Position numbers and translations under genes: made by a program. DNA of 64,000 bases from Hydrolagus colliei (lineage: Eukaryota). The first letter of the stretch is position 1; every line of letters starts with the position of its first letter. Below, in pieces: positions 25,416 through 39,121 of this stretch. The notes beneath the pieces are model-generated. The model was not told the origin of the DNA, searched no databases, and worked only from the letters and a program-made list of their open reading frames with translations. The stretch lies in contig CM068743.1 in the NCBI GenBank assembly GCA_035084275.1, forward strand, positions 14,880,001-14,944,000, in the 5' to 3' direction.

Positions 25416-26438
25416 GTATTGGCTTGCATTGTGTTTTACTGGACTCTTGCTGTGCAGTGATATAGCCATAGAGATTAGGTAGTCAAAATGATCACCATTA
25501 GAACTGTGAAAAGTGGACAACATTTTTTTAGTTAGAAAAGGATTGAGTTTGAAGATTGCTTTTGATAAATAACATGGATTTTGCTAGCAGAATAGCGATG
25601 CCACATCATGCTTGTGTGTTATCCATGCACTAATGTACATTATTGGTCAATATAATTATTTCTATTTGAGAAATCATAACAAGATACAGTACATATTAAA
25701 AACCAAGTTCCTATATGGCTCATAAATCAGCAACTTAATCTATGGTGTGATGTTGTACTTTTCTTACAATATTCAACAACTCTCTGAAAGGCATTGATGT
25801 AAAATTCAATAGTATCCATCCAATATTTTTTTTTGAATGGCCATTCTTCATATGAGAGCCAAGACATGTGAATACCCTCTGCCTACATAACCATGTGTGT
25901 ACCACTACTAAACTTAATATTATTATTGTTCTCACCCAATGTGAATACATAAAGACTTTCTGGGAGGTGTATTTGACACTGCTGGAACTGATGCCATGCT
26001 GACAAACAAAGATGAAGTCTGCATTACTATCTATCTCCTCCTGATACCTCTCACTGGGGACTGAGAAAGGCTATGCACTGAAGACCACCCAAGCATTTGA
26101 AACTTCTCCAGTTAGTCTTAAAATCATGGCTTATACAACAGCAACAACAACAACCACTCATGCTGAACATTATCTGAAAACACTAAACAATAGTGTGGTT
26201 GGTCACCAAGTGAGGGAGTGAGGAGCTGACTTGGGAGGTGATTGTAGGCTTGGTTGTAAAGGTAAATAGGTTGTCCTGCAAGTCTATTAGTACAAGATTG
26301 TCAGTGAAGCTCCCTTTGCAAGAATCCATGTGCTAAATACTTACACAGATTAAAATCAGGCCACAGAATTTTCATTCATTGTAATATTCACATCTCAAGA
26401 TTAATATCCATGTCTCTGTCATCTATTTTTTTCAACAG

Positions 26439-26620
26439 GATATGTGGATGAGTGTGCTAGGAGCTCCTCAGTGGATTATTTTTGGTACAGAGAAACCTTG
26501 AACATTTCCACTGGTATTGGTGAATCAGGTACTATCCAGTGGTGGTTGTTACTTTGCCTTATATGTGCTTGGGCTGTGCTGTACGTGTGCACAATCAGAG
26601 GAATTGAAACAACAGGCAAG
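26439..26620 (+). CDS. slc6a19: SLC6A19 exon 4, 182 nt
   Basis: ttcaacag acceptor; [24 protein letters not shown]...[10 protein letters not shown]; gtaatg donor. Confidence 0.96.
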
Positions 26621-26829
26621 GTAATGTACAATCTCACGCTTACAAATAAGAGTTTCATGTTTCTAATAATCCAAAGGATCATCAAATGTACCAAGTCTCA
26701 TAATAATAACAATTCTTGCATTTTATACAACACTTTATGATGTCTTCAAGGCATCTCAAAGCGCTTCATAGAATATACTGTAAAATGAATTTGTCCCATC
26801 ATTCTGTCCATTAACTATCCCATCATTGC

Positions 26830-28440
26830 TTCCCCCATACAAACTGCCTCCATAAAGCAAGCACAACTTCCCTCTCCCTCATACGTACCCTCCCCAACTC
26901 TCTACCTTCTCACACTCCACAGCCATCTCTTTCACACAACTGCAAATCCTCTCCATATCACTCTCTCCTCCCTCACCAGAAAATCCATCCGCATTTCCCT
27001 TCAAAACGTCTGTTCCCTTTCCAATAAAGCCCTCACTCTCCATGAACTATTTCTGGATGAGCACATTGATATTCTTGGGCTTATGGAAACCTGGCTCTCC
27101 CTCTAGTTGAAGCCTCCCCGTCAGGCTACACCTTCCACTACACCCCCTACCTTAACTAACCCGGCAGTGGGGTGGCCCTCATCTCCAAAGCTTCCCTTGG
27201 TTTTTCCCCTTATTCCTCTGGCTGCTTCCCCTCTTTCGAAATCCTCAGTTCACAAAGGGCCTATCATCCATAGACCTCCTATCCCTCTGGCCTTCCACCT
27301 ACAGGGATTCTGAAGCAGCTGTCAAGCTGCTAAATAATCGCCTCTCCTCCATCTTCAACTCTCTCGTCCCGCTGAAATCCAGGACCATCTCCAAACCCAC
27401 CCGATCCCCCTGGTATAGTGGTCATTCTGCTTCCTGAAATCTCATACCCAGCTGCTCGAGTGCAGGTGGCAGGAAACCAGCCTCACTGTTCACCACCAGC
27501 TGTGGCTCGAGCATCTTCACAGCTACTGTCGTTCTTCATCGCATGTGAAAACGGCATACTACGCCAATATCATTCTGTAGGAAATAGCAACTCCAAAGTC
27601 CTTTCCTCCACCACCCACCACCTCCTCCGTGCACCCCCTCAAGCATCCTCAACCCACCACCTGCTGCCTCGACATCGTTGCCACCAACTTGCTGATCACT
27701 CAGCTCCCCCTCCTCTGCCTACTTCTACCAGATACCATTAATCACTCCCTCTCCTCAGGATCAGTCCCTACCCACCTCAAAACTGCTGTCATCACCCCCT
27801 CCTTAAAAAACCTTCCCTCAATCCCTCCAACCCCAGCCAACACCACCCTATCTCAAACCTGCCCTTCATTGCAAAAGTTTTAGAATGCATTGTTGCCAAT
27901 CAACTCCGCGCATCCTATTTGAACCCATCCAGTCTGGCTTCCCCCCTGCCCACAGTACAAGGATTGTGCTTGTGAAAGTTACTAACGATGTCCTCTCTAT
28001 CTGTGACCAGGGCTCCCCCTGTCTCCTTGACCTCCTGGACCTCTCTGGCACCTTCGATACAGTTGATTACACCATCCTCCTCCACTGCTTGTCATCCGTC
28101 ATCCACCTCAGTGGAACCGCACTCGCTTGGTTCGAGTGCTACCTCACAAACCGCCAGCAATACATCTCTGCAAACAGCTTTTCCTCTCGCTTTTGCCCAG
28201 TCACCTGCGGGGTACCACAAGGATCCATCTTTGATCCCTTTCTCTTCCTTATCTACATGGTCCCTCTTGGTGATGTCATCCGAAGACATGGTGTAAACTT
28301 CCACGTGTATGCGGATGACACCCAACTCTACTTTTCCACCTCACTTTGCGACTCCCAGTCCCCTGATGTTGTGACTGTATGTCAGACATCAACAGCTGGA
28401 TGATTGCAAACTTCCTGCAGCTAAACGTTGAAAAGATGCA
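26830..28440 (+). mobile_element. Degenerate L2 with AP-endonuclease and RT remnants
   Basis: QNVCSLSNKA...IDILGLMETWL (endonuclease), GVPQGSI and [10 protein letters not shown]. Confidence 0.88.
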
Positions 28441-28444
28441 AGTC

Positions 28445-28889
28445 ACACACTATGGAGCGCATATGACTTTAAAGTCATACCAATGGCAAGCAGATAATGC
28501 TAGACGATAATCCACATTGTTGCGCAGGTGCAGTATTTCGGTTTGCCGCTGGTAGAGTCTAGGGCTTCGGCTTGCAGCTAGTAAAGTCATGAGACTTTAA
28601 AATCGCGCTGCCGTTTTTTTCACCCACTTGGCGTCCTCCATTTAAAAAAAGAATCGCTGGACTGTAAACCTCAATCAGTAAAGGTGAGAAGCGCAAGAGA
28701 GTAGTTTTAACAATAAGAACCAATATAATATTCTGTTATTATCTGTTATTACTTAGTCTGGTGTGTCTGGTGTGTGTTAAAAGAACTTTAATTTTTCTGT
28801 AGTGGGTTTCCCGTCGTGGGCTGCCCGAATATTCACTTTAACCGGCATTGGCCAGGTCCCGCCGGTGCCAGATAAACGGGCTTCTACTG
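28445..28889. mobile_element. One-ended Tigger-like MITE related to 58598-58977
   Basis: Right TIR GATAAACGGGCTTCTACTG followed by TA; left end not found. Confidence 0.6.
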
Positions 28890-28894
28890 TAATT

Positions 28895-29450
28895 AGAACC
28901 GTAAAGACACACAGAACACAAAAAGCCGTTCAGCCCATTGCATCTGTGCCAGTTCTTTTAAGAGTAATCATTTTGGCTCAATTTAGCTGCCCTTTCCTAT
29001 ATTCCTGTACTTTAGTTATTTTTAGATATGAATTCCAATTCCCTCTTGAAAGCTAAATGGATTCTGTCTTAACCACAACTCCTGCTAGGGCATCCTACCA
29101 GCATGAAAGTAAATTATCCTAACCTCCCCATTTGCTTGTTTGCTAACTATCTTAAGTTGATGCCGTTTAGTCACTGATTCACAAACCAGTAGAAATAAAT
29201 TCTCCCTATTCATTCTGTCGAAACCCATCATGATTATAAAGATATCTATCAGGTTATCTCTCAAATGTTTTGTTCCATTGGAAAAAGGCTCAGTTCCTCC
29301 AATCTTTGCTCACTTGTCCTTGGTATCATCCCAGTATATATCCTCTGCACTCCATCTATTGCCTTGATATATTTTCTAAAATGTGATGACCAATATTGGA
29401 CATAATATTCTAACTGCAGTCAAATGTTTTGGATATGTTTAGCATTAATT
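28895..29450 (-). mobile_element. Old CR1 3' fragment
   Basis: Reverse-strand similarity to the CR1 ORF2 C-terminus and 3' UTR. Confidence 0.65.
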
Positions 29451-29562
29451 GTACCATCAACTAGAGACATGAATGTTCATGCTTCAATATATAACTATTT
29501 TAGCTGGAAAACGTATTTGGTTCCAAATGTTTAATAGGTTTTACCTCTCTTCTTTCCTAAAG

Positions 29563-29673
29563 GCTGTATATGTCACCTCTACTCTCCCTTATGTTGTACT
29601 TACAATCTTCCTGATCCGAGGTCTGACTTTAAAAGGATCAGTTGATGGAATTAAATATCTTTTTACACCGGAT
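29563..29673 (+). CDS. slc6a19: SLC6A19 exon 5, 111 nt
   Basis: [37 protein letters not shown]; ag and gtaagt boundaries. Confidence 0.96.
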
Positions 29674-30186
29674 GTAAGTATTTCTAGCTCTTTGTTTCAA
29701 GACATGCAACCAAAGCATGAATGAAAATGTAATATTTACGATGAAGTGAAACACTTGGGTGAAATCTTCTGTTTGCCTTCAGGGGAGAAGAAGAACATAT
29801 TGAAGTGGAGAAAATATGATTTGAGATGCAGTAGATATTATTGGGGAGAATTTCCAACCGGGTCTAGATTAATTTCATTTATATAGCATTTTAAGAGTGT
29901 TCTGAATTTGCCACAGGTCAGTGGACACAGTAATGAAGAGGACCTCTAAGAATAAAAGTCAATTTCCACTAACATTTTTCAGCGAGGTTAGTTTGGAAGA
30001 GTTTCAATGGTGCAATCAATAGTGCATGGAAGTCATTTGAAGCTAAAGCCTTTAAGCTCTTCAGGAATATTATTTTAGTAAAGTTATTGTGGTTAACTCC
30101 CACTTCCCTATCATATCACAATTTCTGATCGTGCTCCTTCTTTGGTGATACAGTAATAACATTCCACTGTTTTGCATGGGTTTCAG

Positions 30187-30299
30187 ATCGATGAGTTGAC
30201 AAATCCAGTTACATGGCTAGATGCTGGGGCACAAGTGTTTTATTCCTTTTCCCTGGCCTTCGGTGGCTTGATATCCTTCTCCAGTTATAACTCAGTTCA
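30187..30299 (+). CDS. slc6a19: SLC6A19 exon 6, 113 nt
   Basis: [37 protein letters not shown] (TM6 motif); tttcag and gtaagt boundaries. Confidence 0.96.
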
Positions 30300-30411
30300 G
30301 TAAGTATCTTCTCCTGACCTGGACCAACTCATTGAGTTAAAATGTAATCCCTTTGTACTGAAAAACAAGATATCTGTCAACTGAATGCTTTCCTCTTTTC
30401 TTTATCCATAG

Positions 30412-30540
30412 CAACAATTGTGAGAAAGATGCTGTGATAGTCTCCATCATCAATGGTTTCACATCCATTTACGCAGCCACTGTAGTATATTCCATCATAG
30501 GCTTCCGAGCAACAGAACAATTTGATGCCTGCTTTGATGC
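30412..30540 (+). CDS. slc6a19: SLC6A19 exon 7, 129 nt
   Basis: [43 protein letters not shown]; follows a 112-nt intron; gtaagt donor. Confidence 0.96.
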
Positions 30541-31300
30541 GTAAGTCACTCCCCAGAGATTATTACATTTTGAAGCCCAAACAAAGATCAACCATTGTGT
30601 TGTTCATGGGTACCATTTTAATGGAAATGGGGAAATTATTTGATCGATGGCAAATTTTGGTAAACAAACAGAAATGACCGTAATTCCTTTGCCCACATAT
30701 AAGTACAGGTGCAGAGATAGTGTGCTTTTTTTTTCATCTTAAGAGCTGGATCAAGTTCAGTAGTTATTGAAACAGAATTACTGGGTATTAAAAGATGCAA
30801 CATCATGCTATAGTTGTTTGCCTTGCCCTACTCTCAGCCTTCCTTGCTTTATGCTGGAGCAATTTAATCAAATTCAGAGGTGATATGGAGTCTAATTCGC
30901 AGTATTCCTTAATATAAAATCCAAGTTATGCAAATGTGGACTCCTTCTGGTAACCGGAAGGACCATTCACAAGTTTAGATATTACTCCTTCAACATCTGT
31001 ATCCAGAACATTGATAATACAGACATCAAGAGAGATCCTAACACTGACAAAACATTCCATGTCAATTGGAAAAAACATCCCTTAATTCCCATTCTCTTCC
31101 AACTGTCGTTCCAGCATTGCACTACCCTCTTTCCCATGCATTGCATTGGAAGATCATCTAGTAGGAGAGCATACTCAACAACGCCTCTCTGAGCACCGAA
31201 AAAATGACAGCAGCCAGTTTAATAAAAAACAAAAAGCAAACTCCTGTAACTAGCATCGATATCCAACACACTTGTTTTGTTTTATCTTGTTTTCTTGCAG

Positions 31301-31457
31301 CAATATTCTATCCTTGACCAATACCTTTGATCTACCAGAAACAAATTTAACTCAAGACAACTATGACCAAGTGCTGAGTTATTTAAACGCCACACACTCC
31401 GACACCATCGCCAGTCTCAATCTGAAGACATGTGATCTGAATCAAATATTGAGCCAG
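31301..31457 (+). CDS. slc6a19: SLC6A19 exon 8, 157 nt
   Basis: NILSLTNTFDLPETNLTQDNY...LKTCDLNQILSQ (extended EL4 of the B0AT subfamily); ttgcag and gtact boundaries. Confidence 0.95.
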
Positions 31458-31927
31458 GTACTTTATCTTACATTGTGTTTCCTTGAATACATTCTTCAAA
31501 GCTTTCAAAACAAATTGACCACCCATCTCCACCTTTGCAGTTTTGTTCCTGAAATCAAACAATACTCCTATGTAACCCTTCTTGAAAACATTCTCTGAAA
31601 AGCTATGATTATACACATTCACGTTTACTGTGAAGCATGAGGCAGCCATCAATCACCCTGTCTCCCTCTTCCTAATCCTTTATACTGCATGCAATACATT
31701 TCCGTTACCTATAATTTCCTTCCCTTCAACTCGCCTCTTCCCTTGCCTCTTCAAAACCTCTCCTATAAGCCCTTCCTCTTTGAACACACATAAACAGCAA
31801 TCTTTCTCCCATGCCCATCATGCATTCAATCCACACCTTCAGCTTGGTGCAAACCATCGATATACTTTGGAATGTCCCCTCAAAATGAAGGCACTATATA
31901 AATATAGATTTGCATTGTATTGTACAG

Positions 31928-32132
31928 GGTGTGGAAGGAACCGGATTAGCTTTTATTGTCTTTACTGAAGCTATTACAAAAATGCCAGTCTCCCCAATCT
32001 GGTCCATTTTGTTCTTCGTGATGTTATTCTGCTTGGGGCTGTCGTCGATGTTTGGGAATATGGAAGGCGTATTAGTCCCCATCCAAGACCTGAACCTCCT
32101 TCCAAAGAAATGCCCTAAGGAACTTATTACTG
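31928..32132 (+). CDS. slc6a19: SLC6A19 exon 9, 205 nt
   Basis: [55 protein letters not shown]...PKELIT; gtaaag donor. Confidence 0.96.
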
Positions 32133-32149
32133 GTAAAGACAACTCTTCA

Positions 32150-32246
32150 TGTCTGTCTGTCTGTCTGCCTGCCTGCCCTCTTGTCTGCCCACCTTCCTGC
32201 CCATCCACCTGTCTGTCCGTCTGTCCGTCCGTCCGTCCGTCCGTCC
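32150..32246. repeat. Compound (GTCT/GCCT/GTCC)n microsatellite just downstream of slc6a19 exon 9
   Basis: Visible tetranucleotide repeats. Confidence 0.9.
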
Positions 32247-32948
32247 ACTTGTTTTCCCACTTGTATGTATATCTCTGTTCCGGTGTCCGCTTGCTGAGGT
32301 GTGGGTTGCCCATTGACATCTCACGCAAATGGCCTTAGTCATGTGTTGAGCCTCTGGGCAATGAGTGTTGATGGGCAGTTGACTATACATGGCCAATGGT
32401 TTTCACAGGAACACAATGTTAAACAACACAAATTGTCAACATTTCAGCACATCACAGTTTAGCAGAATATACAGGTTCACTCAATAAACGCCATCCTCAG
32501 CGATTTAAGCGATTGAAATATCCTTCCTGAACTGACGATGATCTCATTCAAAGGGAAGTTTCGGGGAGACACAAAATGTGGAAGGAACAGTTTATCCTAT
32601 AATCTCACTTGCCATATTGTCACAATTCTGCTGAGCCTGTACACACTACTGTAGTACAACAGGTGCTATTCAGTATTCACTGCAGGATTCACAGTTTAAA
32701 TATTAGCAGAGCTGTAGGCAAAATCAGCTAAAGATAACTTAGTTTTCTGAGATAACTTCACCTTCAAAAGCATTTTTCATTTGTTTTCAAACAGTTTTTA
32801 ATCAGTCCAAAGATGGATGTTCATGGGTATTTAAAGAAGGTTTTAGTTGATAAAAAAAATTGTGGAGCTGTGTGGAAATAGATATCTGATGGCTCTGAAA
32901 GTGCCCTGCAGCCCAACAAATAACGTCCTTTTTTCTCTCTCTTTGTAG

Positions 32949-33108
32949 GCATGATCTGTATAGTCTGCTTTTTCATCGCATTCATATTTGTCTTGAATTC
33001 GGGAAACTATTGGCTGGCTCTCTTTGACACATATGCCGGCTCCGTCCCTCTGCTAGTTATTGCTTTCTGTGAGATGGTGTCCGTTGTGTACATTTATGGC
33101 ATAGACAG
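32949..33108 (+). CDS. slc6a19: SLC6A19 exon 10, 160 nt
   Basis: [53 protein letters not shown]; tttgtag and gtaaga boundaries. Confidence 0.96.
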
Positions 33109-34684
33109 GTAAGATTACCCGGCTGCTGCTCAGACACTTTCATTTCAGTGTTGTCCATAGAAAGCTGGCAAAAGTGGAGAACTACAGCCAGTACGTTCAG
33201 AATTTTGTTTCTCAATCGTGTTCACTGGGTTCACTGTTTTGTTTCGGGTGGGAGGCATTTATTTCCTTCAAACAGTGTTCACAGCTTCAACGAAAGATTG
33301 AAGTGCCTTAGGCCTCCTCCCGATGTGAAAGGTGCTATACTAATGTCATTTTGTTGTTGTTGTAAAGGTGAAAGGCCAATAGGCTTATTTGAGTTTGGAT
33401 ACGCTTCATGAAACCCTTCAACATTAATAATAATAGTAACCCTTGCATTTGATATATTCATATATATAAACATGTTTTTCAAAGTCTAATTCAAGAATTT
33501 CTACTTTGAACGCACTTTCGGCTACCTTTGCCCCTCTCCCCCGGACTGCATGCCCAGCTCAGGTGCACGTGCTACACTGTCCAACACCTTGGGATATTCT
33601 CCTGATGTGAAAGGCGAAAGGAATGTAAATTTGTATTGTATGCTATTATACCTTAACTCACAGGGGTTATTTAAACAATTGGCTTAAGATACTGCAAACC
33701 CTGTTGTTTTGCAAGTCCACACCTGCAGGGCAGGACATGTAAATGTTTTACAGGCTTTTAAAGATAATTGTTGGTGGCTTGCCCTGTACTTCGTGCTTGA
33801 CTTCACCAAATACTGCATAACTTCTTCCTGGTTGAAAACATCGAGACTTGTTTGTTTTTCGTGCGCTCCCTGTGTTGATTTAACTATTTGCTTCCCAACC
33901 ATAAAACTACAAATGTCCTACATCCATTTATTTTCATTATGTTTCACCACCTTATTGTCCTATATAAACCATTGATCTCCACCACAGTTTATGGTCAAGT
34001 TAATAATTGAGGGGAGCTTATAGATATTTGTAAATTCTTGGTAAACATGTGACTTTCTTTACAAATGTGACATTTCTGCCTTTTAAAACTAGGTGTAGTC
34101 TAAAGCCTTATATTTCGAAGTGACCTCAATAGTAGTGCCAATGACTGTTGTATAAAATCTGTGTAATTTATGGCATAGAATGTTTGCTGTTGGATGTTTT
34201 CTGCTCAGTGTTATACAATTGCTCCCGTAATTCAGTGTGTTTCTGTCCTCTCTCCCTAGCTCACAACATTATTTTGAATGAAGAAGACCCTCTGGCCCAT
34301 CTTATCCCTACTGTCCTCCCTTCATAACATCAAACTGTTTTAGTTCCAACATGGCTTGATATAAAGTCCAGGGTCTGGAAATTAAGACATACTCAGAAGC
34401 AGATTTTAGCTCAATCATCAGCAACTTAGCTGCGAACACTCTGATCCCATTAGAAATCCTACATTATATACCCCAATATTTGTCAAAACATAATTAGTAA
34501 CTCAATGGTTGGCAGCCATAGGTATCATTCCAGAATTAGGGAAGGGTGAATTAACCGGGAAGAGAAATGTAATTGTTCTGGTGAAGGAGAACATTATGAT
34601 TGTGCCGTTCACACTGATTATAGTATTAGTATCTGTTTCTCTATACATCTCCCTTTTTTTAAAGAACAAACTATTTATTTACAG

Positions 34685-34847
34685 ATTCAACAGAGACATT
34701 GAATGGATGATTGGCCACAAGCCAAACATCTTTTGGCAGGTTACCTGGAGATTTGTCAGCCCACTCATAATGCTGGTCATATTCTTATTCTACCTTGTAA
34801 TAAAAGTGACTGAAAATTTGACATACATTACCTGGAATCCGGAATAT
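34685..34847 (+). CDS. slc6a19: SLC6A19 exon 11, 163 nt
   Basis: [31 protein letters not shown]...YITWNPEY; gtgagt donor. Confidence 0.96.
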
Positions 34848-35077
34848 GTGAGTACATTTTATAGCCATGTGCCGTGCAATTTTCCTTAAGATCAAATGTA
34901 TTTTTTAATAAAGGCCCAAAGGCCCAATTGTTGCAGAAACTTTCCTGGCTTGGAATGGATCCAGGTGTAAATTGTCTGCAACTGTTTGTTTTAAATTGGA
35001 GTAATAGTCATTTGTAATGTTGAGCAACCTATATTGCCCAAAAAACAACCGTGGTAAGGTGGGCGATCTGTCTGTTA

Positions 35078-35870
35078 ACAACAATAACAACAAAGTTACA
35101 CTTGTATAGAGCCTTTCACGTCAGGAAGACACCCCAAGGCACTGGACAGTTATTGCTTCAGACCTAAGATGAGGACGGGAGGGAGGGAAGGGTGTGGGAT
35201 TAGGAGTTGCTGATGGGTCTATCGAAGAGGAGAGTCTTGAGGCAAGACTTGGAGGCCAGGGAGGGGGCGAGGCGGAGGGACTGCGGGATGGAGTTCCAGA
35301 GGTTGGGGGCTAAAGGCTCACCTGCCAATGGTGGGGTAGGTGGATCGGGGATGCGGAGCAGGACAGAGCCTGCAGAGTGGAGGGGCAGGCAGGTTCGTAA
35401 AGGGATAGGAGGTCCCAGGTGTAGGGTGCTTCGCTTCGGCTTTATATGTGAGGACTAGGATCTTGAATTGGATCCTCTGGATGAGGAGGAGCAATGGAGT
35501 CAGGTGAGGATGGGGGAGATGGGGTCACGGAGTTTGGAACGGTAGAGGTCATGGGCCGCAAATTTCTGGATTATCTGTGGAGGGAGGAATTGGGAAGGCC
35601 GACAAGCAAGGCATTAACCTAGTTGAGCCGGGATGTAATGAAGGCGTGAATGAGGGTTTCAACGGCTTTGGGGGTGAGGTAGTAGCGGAGTCGGGCAATG
35701 TTGCGGAAATGGCAAAGGTAGAGTGAGTCATTACTTGGATGTGAGGGAAGGAAAGACAATTGAGGGTTGAACAAATACCTAGGGTCCTGACTAGCTTGGT
35801 GAGATTGAGTGTGCAACCATGGAGGTTGATGCTGCCAGCGCCTGATGCATGAAAACCCAAGGCTATTTCG
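35078..35870 (-). mobile_element. L2 3' fragment
   Basis: (AAC)n tail; RNIARLRYYLTPKAVETLIHAFITSRL. Confidence 0.88.
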
Positions 35871-35949
35871 ATCTGTACTGTTTAACATAAGCTTCAAGGA
35901 AATAAATACTCCATTCCAAATCCATAAAACACTTTAAGAAAAAGGTTAG

Positions 35950-37483
35950 CAGTGCTCAAATTAGAAAGTCATCAGGTTCAGATGGGATTCATTCTCGATT
36001 GCTGAGGGAAGTTAGCGGGAGCTCTGGCCACAATCTTTCAATCCTCCTTGGATATGGGAGTGTTACAAATATTGCACCCCAGTTCAAAAAAGGGGAGAGG
36101 AATAAACCTGGTAAATATGGGCTAGAGTAGGCCTAACATTAGTGATGGGGAAACCTCGAGACACCATAATCTGGGACAAAATTAATTTTCACTTGAAAAA
36201 AACCTAAGTTAATTAATGACAGTCAACATGGATGTCTTAAAGACAAATTGCGTCTGACAAACAGAATTGAGTACTTTGATGAAATATCATAGAGTAGTAG
36301 TGCAGTTGATTTAGTGTATATAGAGTCAGGAGTCGTGCCATAAGATGCCACATAATACATTAGTTAGTAAAATTGAACCCCATGAGACAAAATGGATAGC
36401 GGCAGCATATTTACAAAATTGCCTGGGATACAGAAAGTAGAGGAAAGTGGTGAATAATTGTTTTTCAGACTGAAGGGAACTAGACAATTGTGTCACCCAG
36501 GGGCTGATTTTAGGCCCATTGCTCTACTTGATAAACATAAATGACTTGGATATAGAGAGCAATCTATTTTCAAAGTTTGCAGATGAGACAAAATTCAGGA
36601 ACATAGTAAACAGGGAGGAGGATGGTAGAGGACTGCAGAAGGATGGTAGCAGAATGTAGGAGGACATAGACTGGTGAAATGAGCAGACATGTAGTAGATG
36701 AAATTTTAACGAAATTTAATGCATAAAAGTGTGAGGTAATGCACTTTGGAAGGAAGAATGAAAACAAGCGATATACACTAAATAGCAGGGTTTTAAAAGG
36801 GGTTCGGGAGCAAAAAGACACATACACAGGTGTTTGAAGGTGTCAGGACAGGTTGACGGAGCTGTTAAAAAATCATATGGCTTCATTGGCTTTATGAATT
36901 GGTGCATAGAGTACAAAAGCGGGAAAGTTCTGTTAAACCTTTATAAGTCACTGGTTAAGCCTCGGCTGGAGTATTGTGTCCAATTCTCAGCACCACACCT
37001 TAAGAAAGCATATCATGGGCATGGAGAGGGAGGAAGAAAATATTTACCAGAATGGTACCCAGGATGAGGGACTATAGTATTGTGGCGATATTAAAGCAAC
37101 TGGAATTGTTCTCCTTAGAGCAGAGAAGATTAAGGAGAGATTTAATAAAGGTGTTTAACATTATGAAGGGTTTTGATAGACTAGATAGGAAGAAACTGTT
37201 TCCACTGGCAGGTGAGTCGATAACCAATTTTAAATAATTGGTAAAAGAACCAAAGAGGGTATGAAGAGACATCATTTAGACGAAGAGTTATTATGATCTC
37301 AAATGCACTGCCTAAAATGGGGGATGGAAACAGATTCAATAAAAACATTCAAAAGGAAATTGGATGAGAACTTGAAAATAAAAATTTGCAAGGATATGTG
37401 GAAAGAACAGAAGATCTCTTCTAAAGAGAAACGATGGACTAAATGGCCACATTCTGTGCTGTGCTGCTATGATTCTATGATGA
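35950..37483 (+). mobile_element. Degenerate CR1 LINE in slc6a19 intron 11
   Basis: RT remnants (KFADE, LYKSLVKPRLEYCVQFS, LFSLEQRRLR); CTATGATTCTATG tail. Confidence 0.9.
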
Positions 37484-38528
37484 TTTACATAATGCCTTTT
37501 AAGTTGGGAGAACATCTCAAAGTTCTTCAAATAGGAACAAACTAAGGTGTGGAATTGGGTTTAGTTCTATGACCAGCCTTTAGGAAAGGCTGGAAATAAG
37601 TAATGGATAAAACTTGTTATGTTGATTAACATGTACCTTGTCTTAATTAGCACAAGAAATGTTTCAAGGAAACCTATCTTAAGGAGCACAAGAGTTGTTT
37701 TAAGGAAATCCCCCAATTTTGTTATTCTTAACACTTTTTTAAAAAAAAAAGATAGCTACCTACAAAAGACAGTCACCACATTTTAAAGTATACCATGCGA
37801 AGCGCTTAGAGTTGTCTTCCTGACTTATAAGCACTAGATCAAATGCAACAATTATTTACTTTTAGCTTGCTCACCATGCTGCTTCCTCCTGGCCAGCGAT
37901 TTCCCCCATAGCTGGCTTCTCCTGGGTACATGGTTGCCTGTTGATGAATAACAGAGACAAAACATGTACTTTATAAAGTGTGTTTACTATGTTCAGACTG
38001 GAAAGAGGCTCCAAATCAGGGAATATTCTTAATGGCTTTCTGTGCTGTTGCTCAATCTCCCTCTACAGCTATCAACCATATTAACCTGCTCTTTCTCCAT
38101 AGCCTTCAATATTATTTTGCCTTGCACAGTTATTAAATTATCTTTTATGCACTCATCTTCTCCAGCCATTTGCAGTGGAGGCTTTCTATTTTCTAAAAAA
38201 AAATGATTTTTACTAGCCACTTAGTTTATTTCATATCATACATTTTCAAGAGCTCAGGGACCATTTTGTAAAGTAGGTGACTGTGCATTGTGACCAAATG
38301 TGGCAGCCAAATGGCAAAATCTCCAGGTCACCACTCCTTTCTCAGTAACATACACAGAATGTCTGTTTTTAGTGCAGTTTGGCTAGCCCTTCAACAGATT
38401 TGTTTTTTAAATGTGGTGTGACTATATGTCCTGAAAAGAGCTACACAAATGTAATTTTGTTGATGTTTTTGTAAGTAACGTAACCTCTTTTTATGCGCTA
38501 TTCATATTTACGCATATATGTTATACAG

Positions 38529-38738
38529 GTGGATTTCCCAAATGTGTCTGTGAAACCATTCCCTGGCTGGGTGACTGCAATTATTGTCCTTTTGGCTGGC
38601 GTACCCAGTTTATTCGTACCTTGTACAGCCATCTATTTGTGGATCCGAAACAAGTGCAAGAAGAACAGTGATCAGCAGGGCCTTGTCCAATCCACGTCAG
38701 CCACTTCAGTGAATGGAATAGCAAACAAACTAGTGTAA
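38529..38738 (+). CDS. slc6a19: SLC6A19 exon 12 coding part, 210 nt including TAA
   Basis: VDFPNVSVKPFPGWVTAIIVLLAGVPSLFVP...SATSVNGIANKLV*; the twelve exons sum to 1911 nt in frame (636 aa). Confidence 0.94.
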   Translation: MDFPNVSVKPFPGWVTAIIVLLAGVPSLFVPCTAIYLWIRNKCKKNSDQQGLVQSTSATSVNGIANKLV

Positions 38739-39121
38739 CTGGACTCCACAAAAACAATAGAGGTAATTTATATTACCCACTTTGCCATGAACTGTATTCC
38801 AAACCAAAATGCACAAGATGGACAGCTGAAAATATTTTAAATTGTTTATGTCTTTACTTTGATGGAACATATTGGTTTTATGTGCTGTCATAAATGAGCT
38901 CCTAGTGTTCAATTACCCTAAAGAGTGTACTTTAACAGACCCCATTTGAACTTTGCCAAGAAAGTGTTTTTGTTTTTCTTTCGAGAGCAAACCTAGGGGC
39001 TCTGAGCTACTTTACTGATGAGCGATTGGCCTGCTTTATTTTCAGGGCTGATATAATGGCCCTGAATAATATGCTGTATCACATTTATTTCTCAGTCCTT
39101 AAGATTCCGGCATTTCCAAAC

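Noticed and set aside
30925-31210. Possible second GIY-YIG remnant (CKCGLL...VGEHTQQRLSEH) in slc6a19 intron 7
   Set aside because: Too short and degenerate to support without a profile search.
31894-32396. Minus-strand ORFs rich in GRTD/GRQ repeats
   Set aside because: They are translations of the tetranucleotide microsatellite and the antisense of exon 9.
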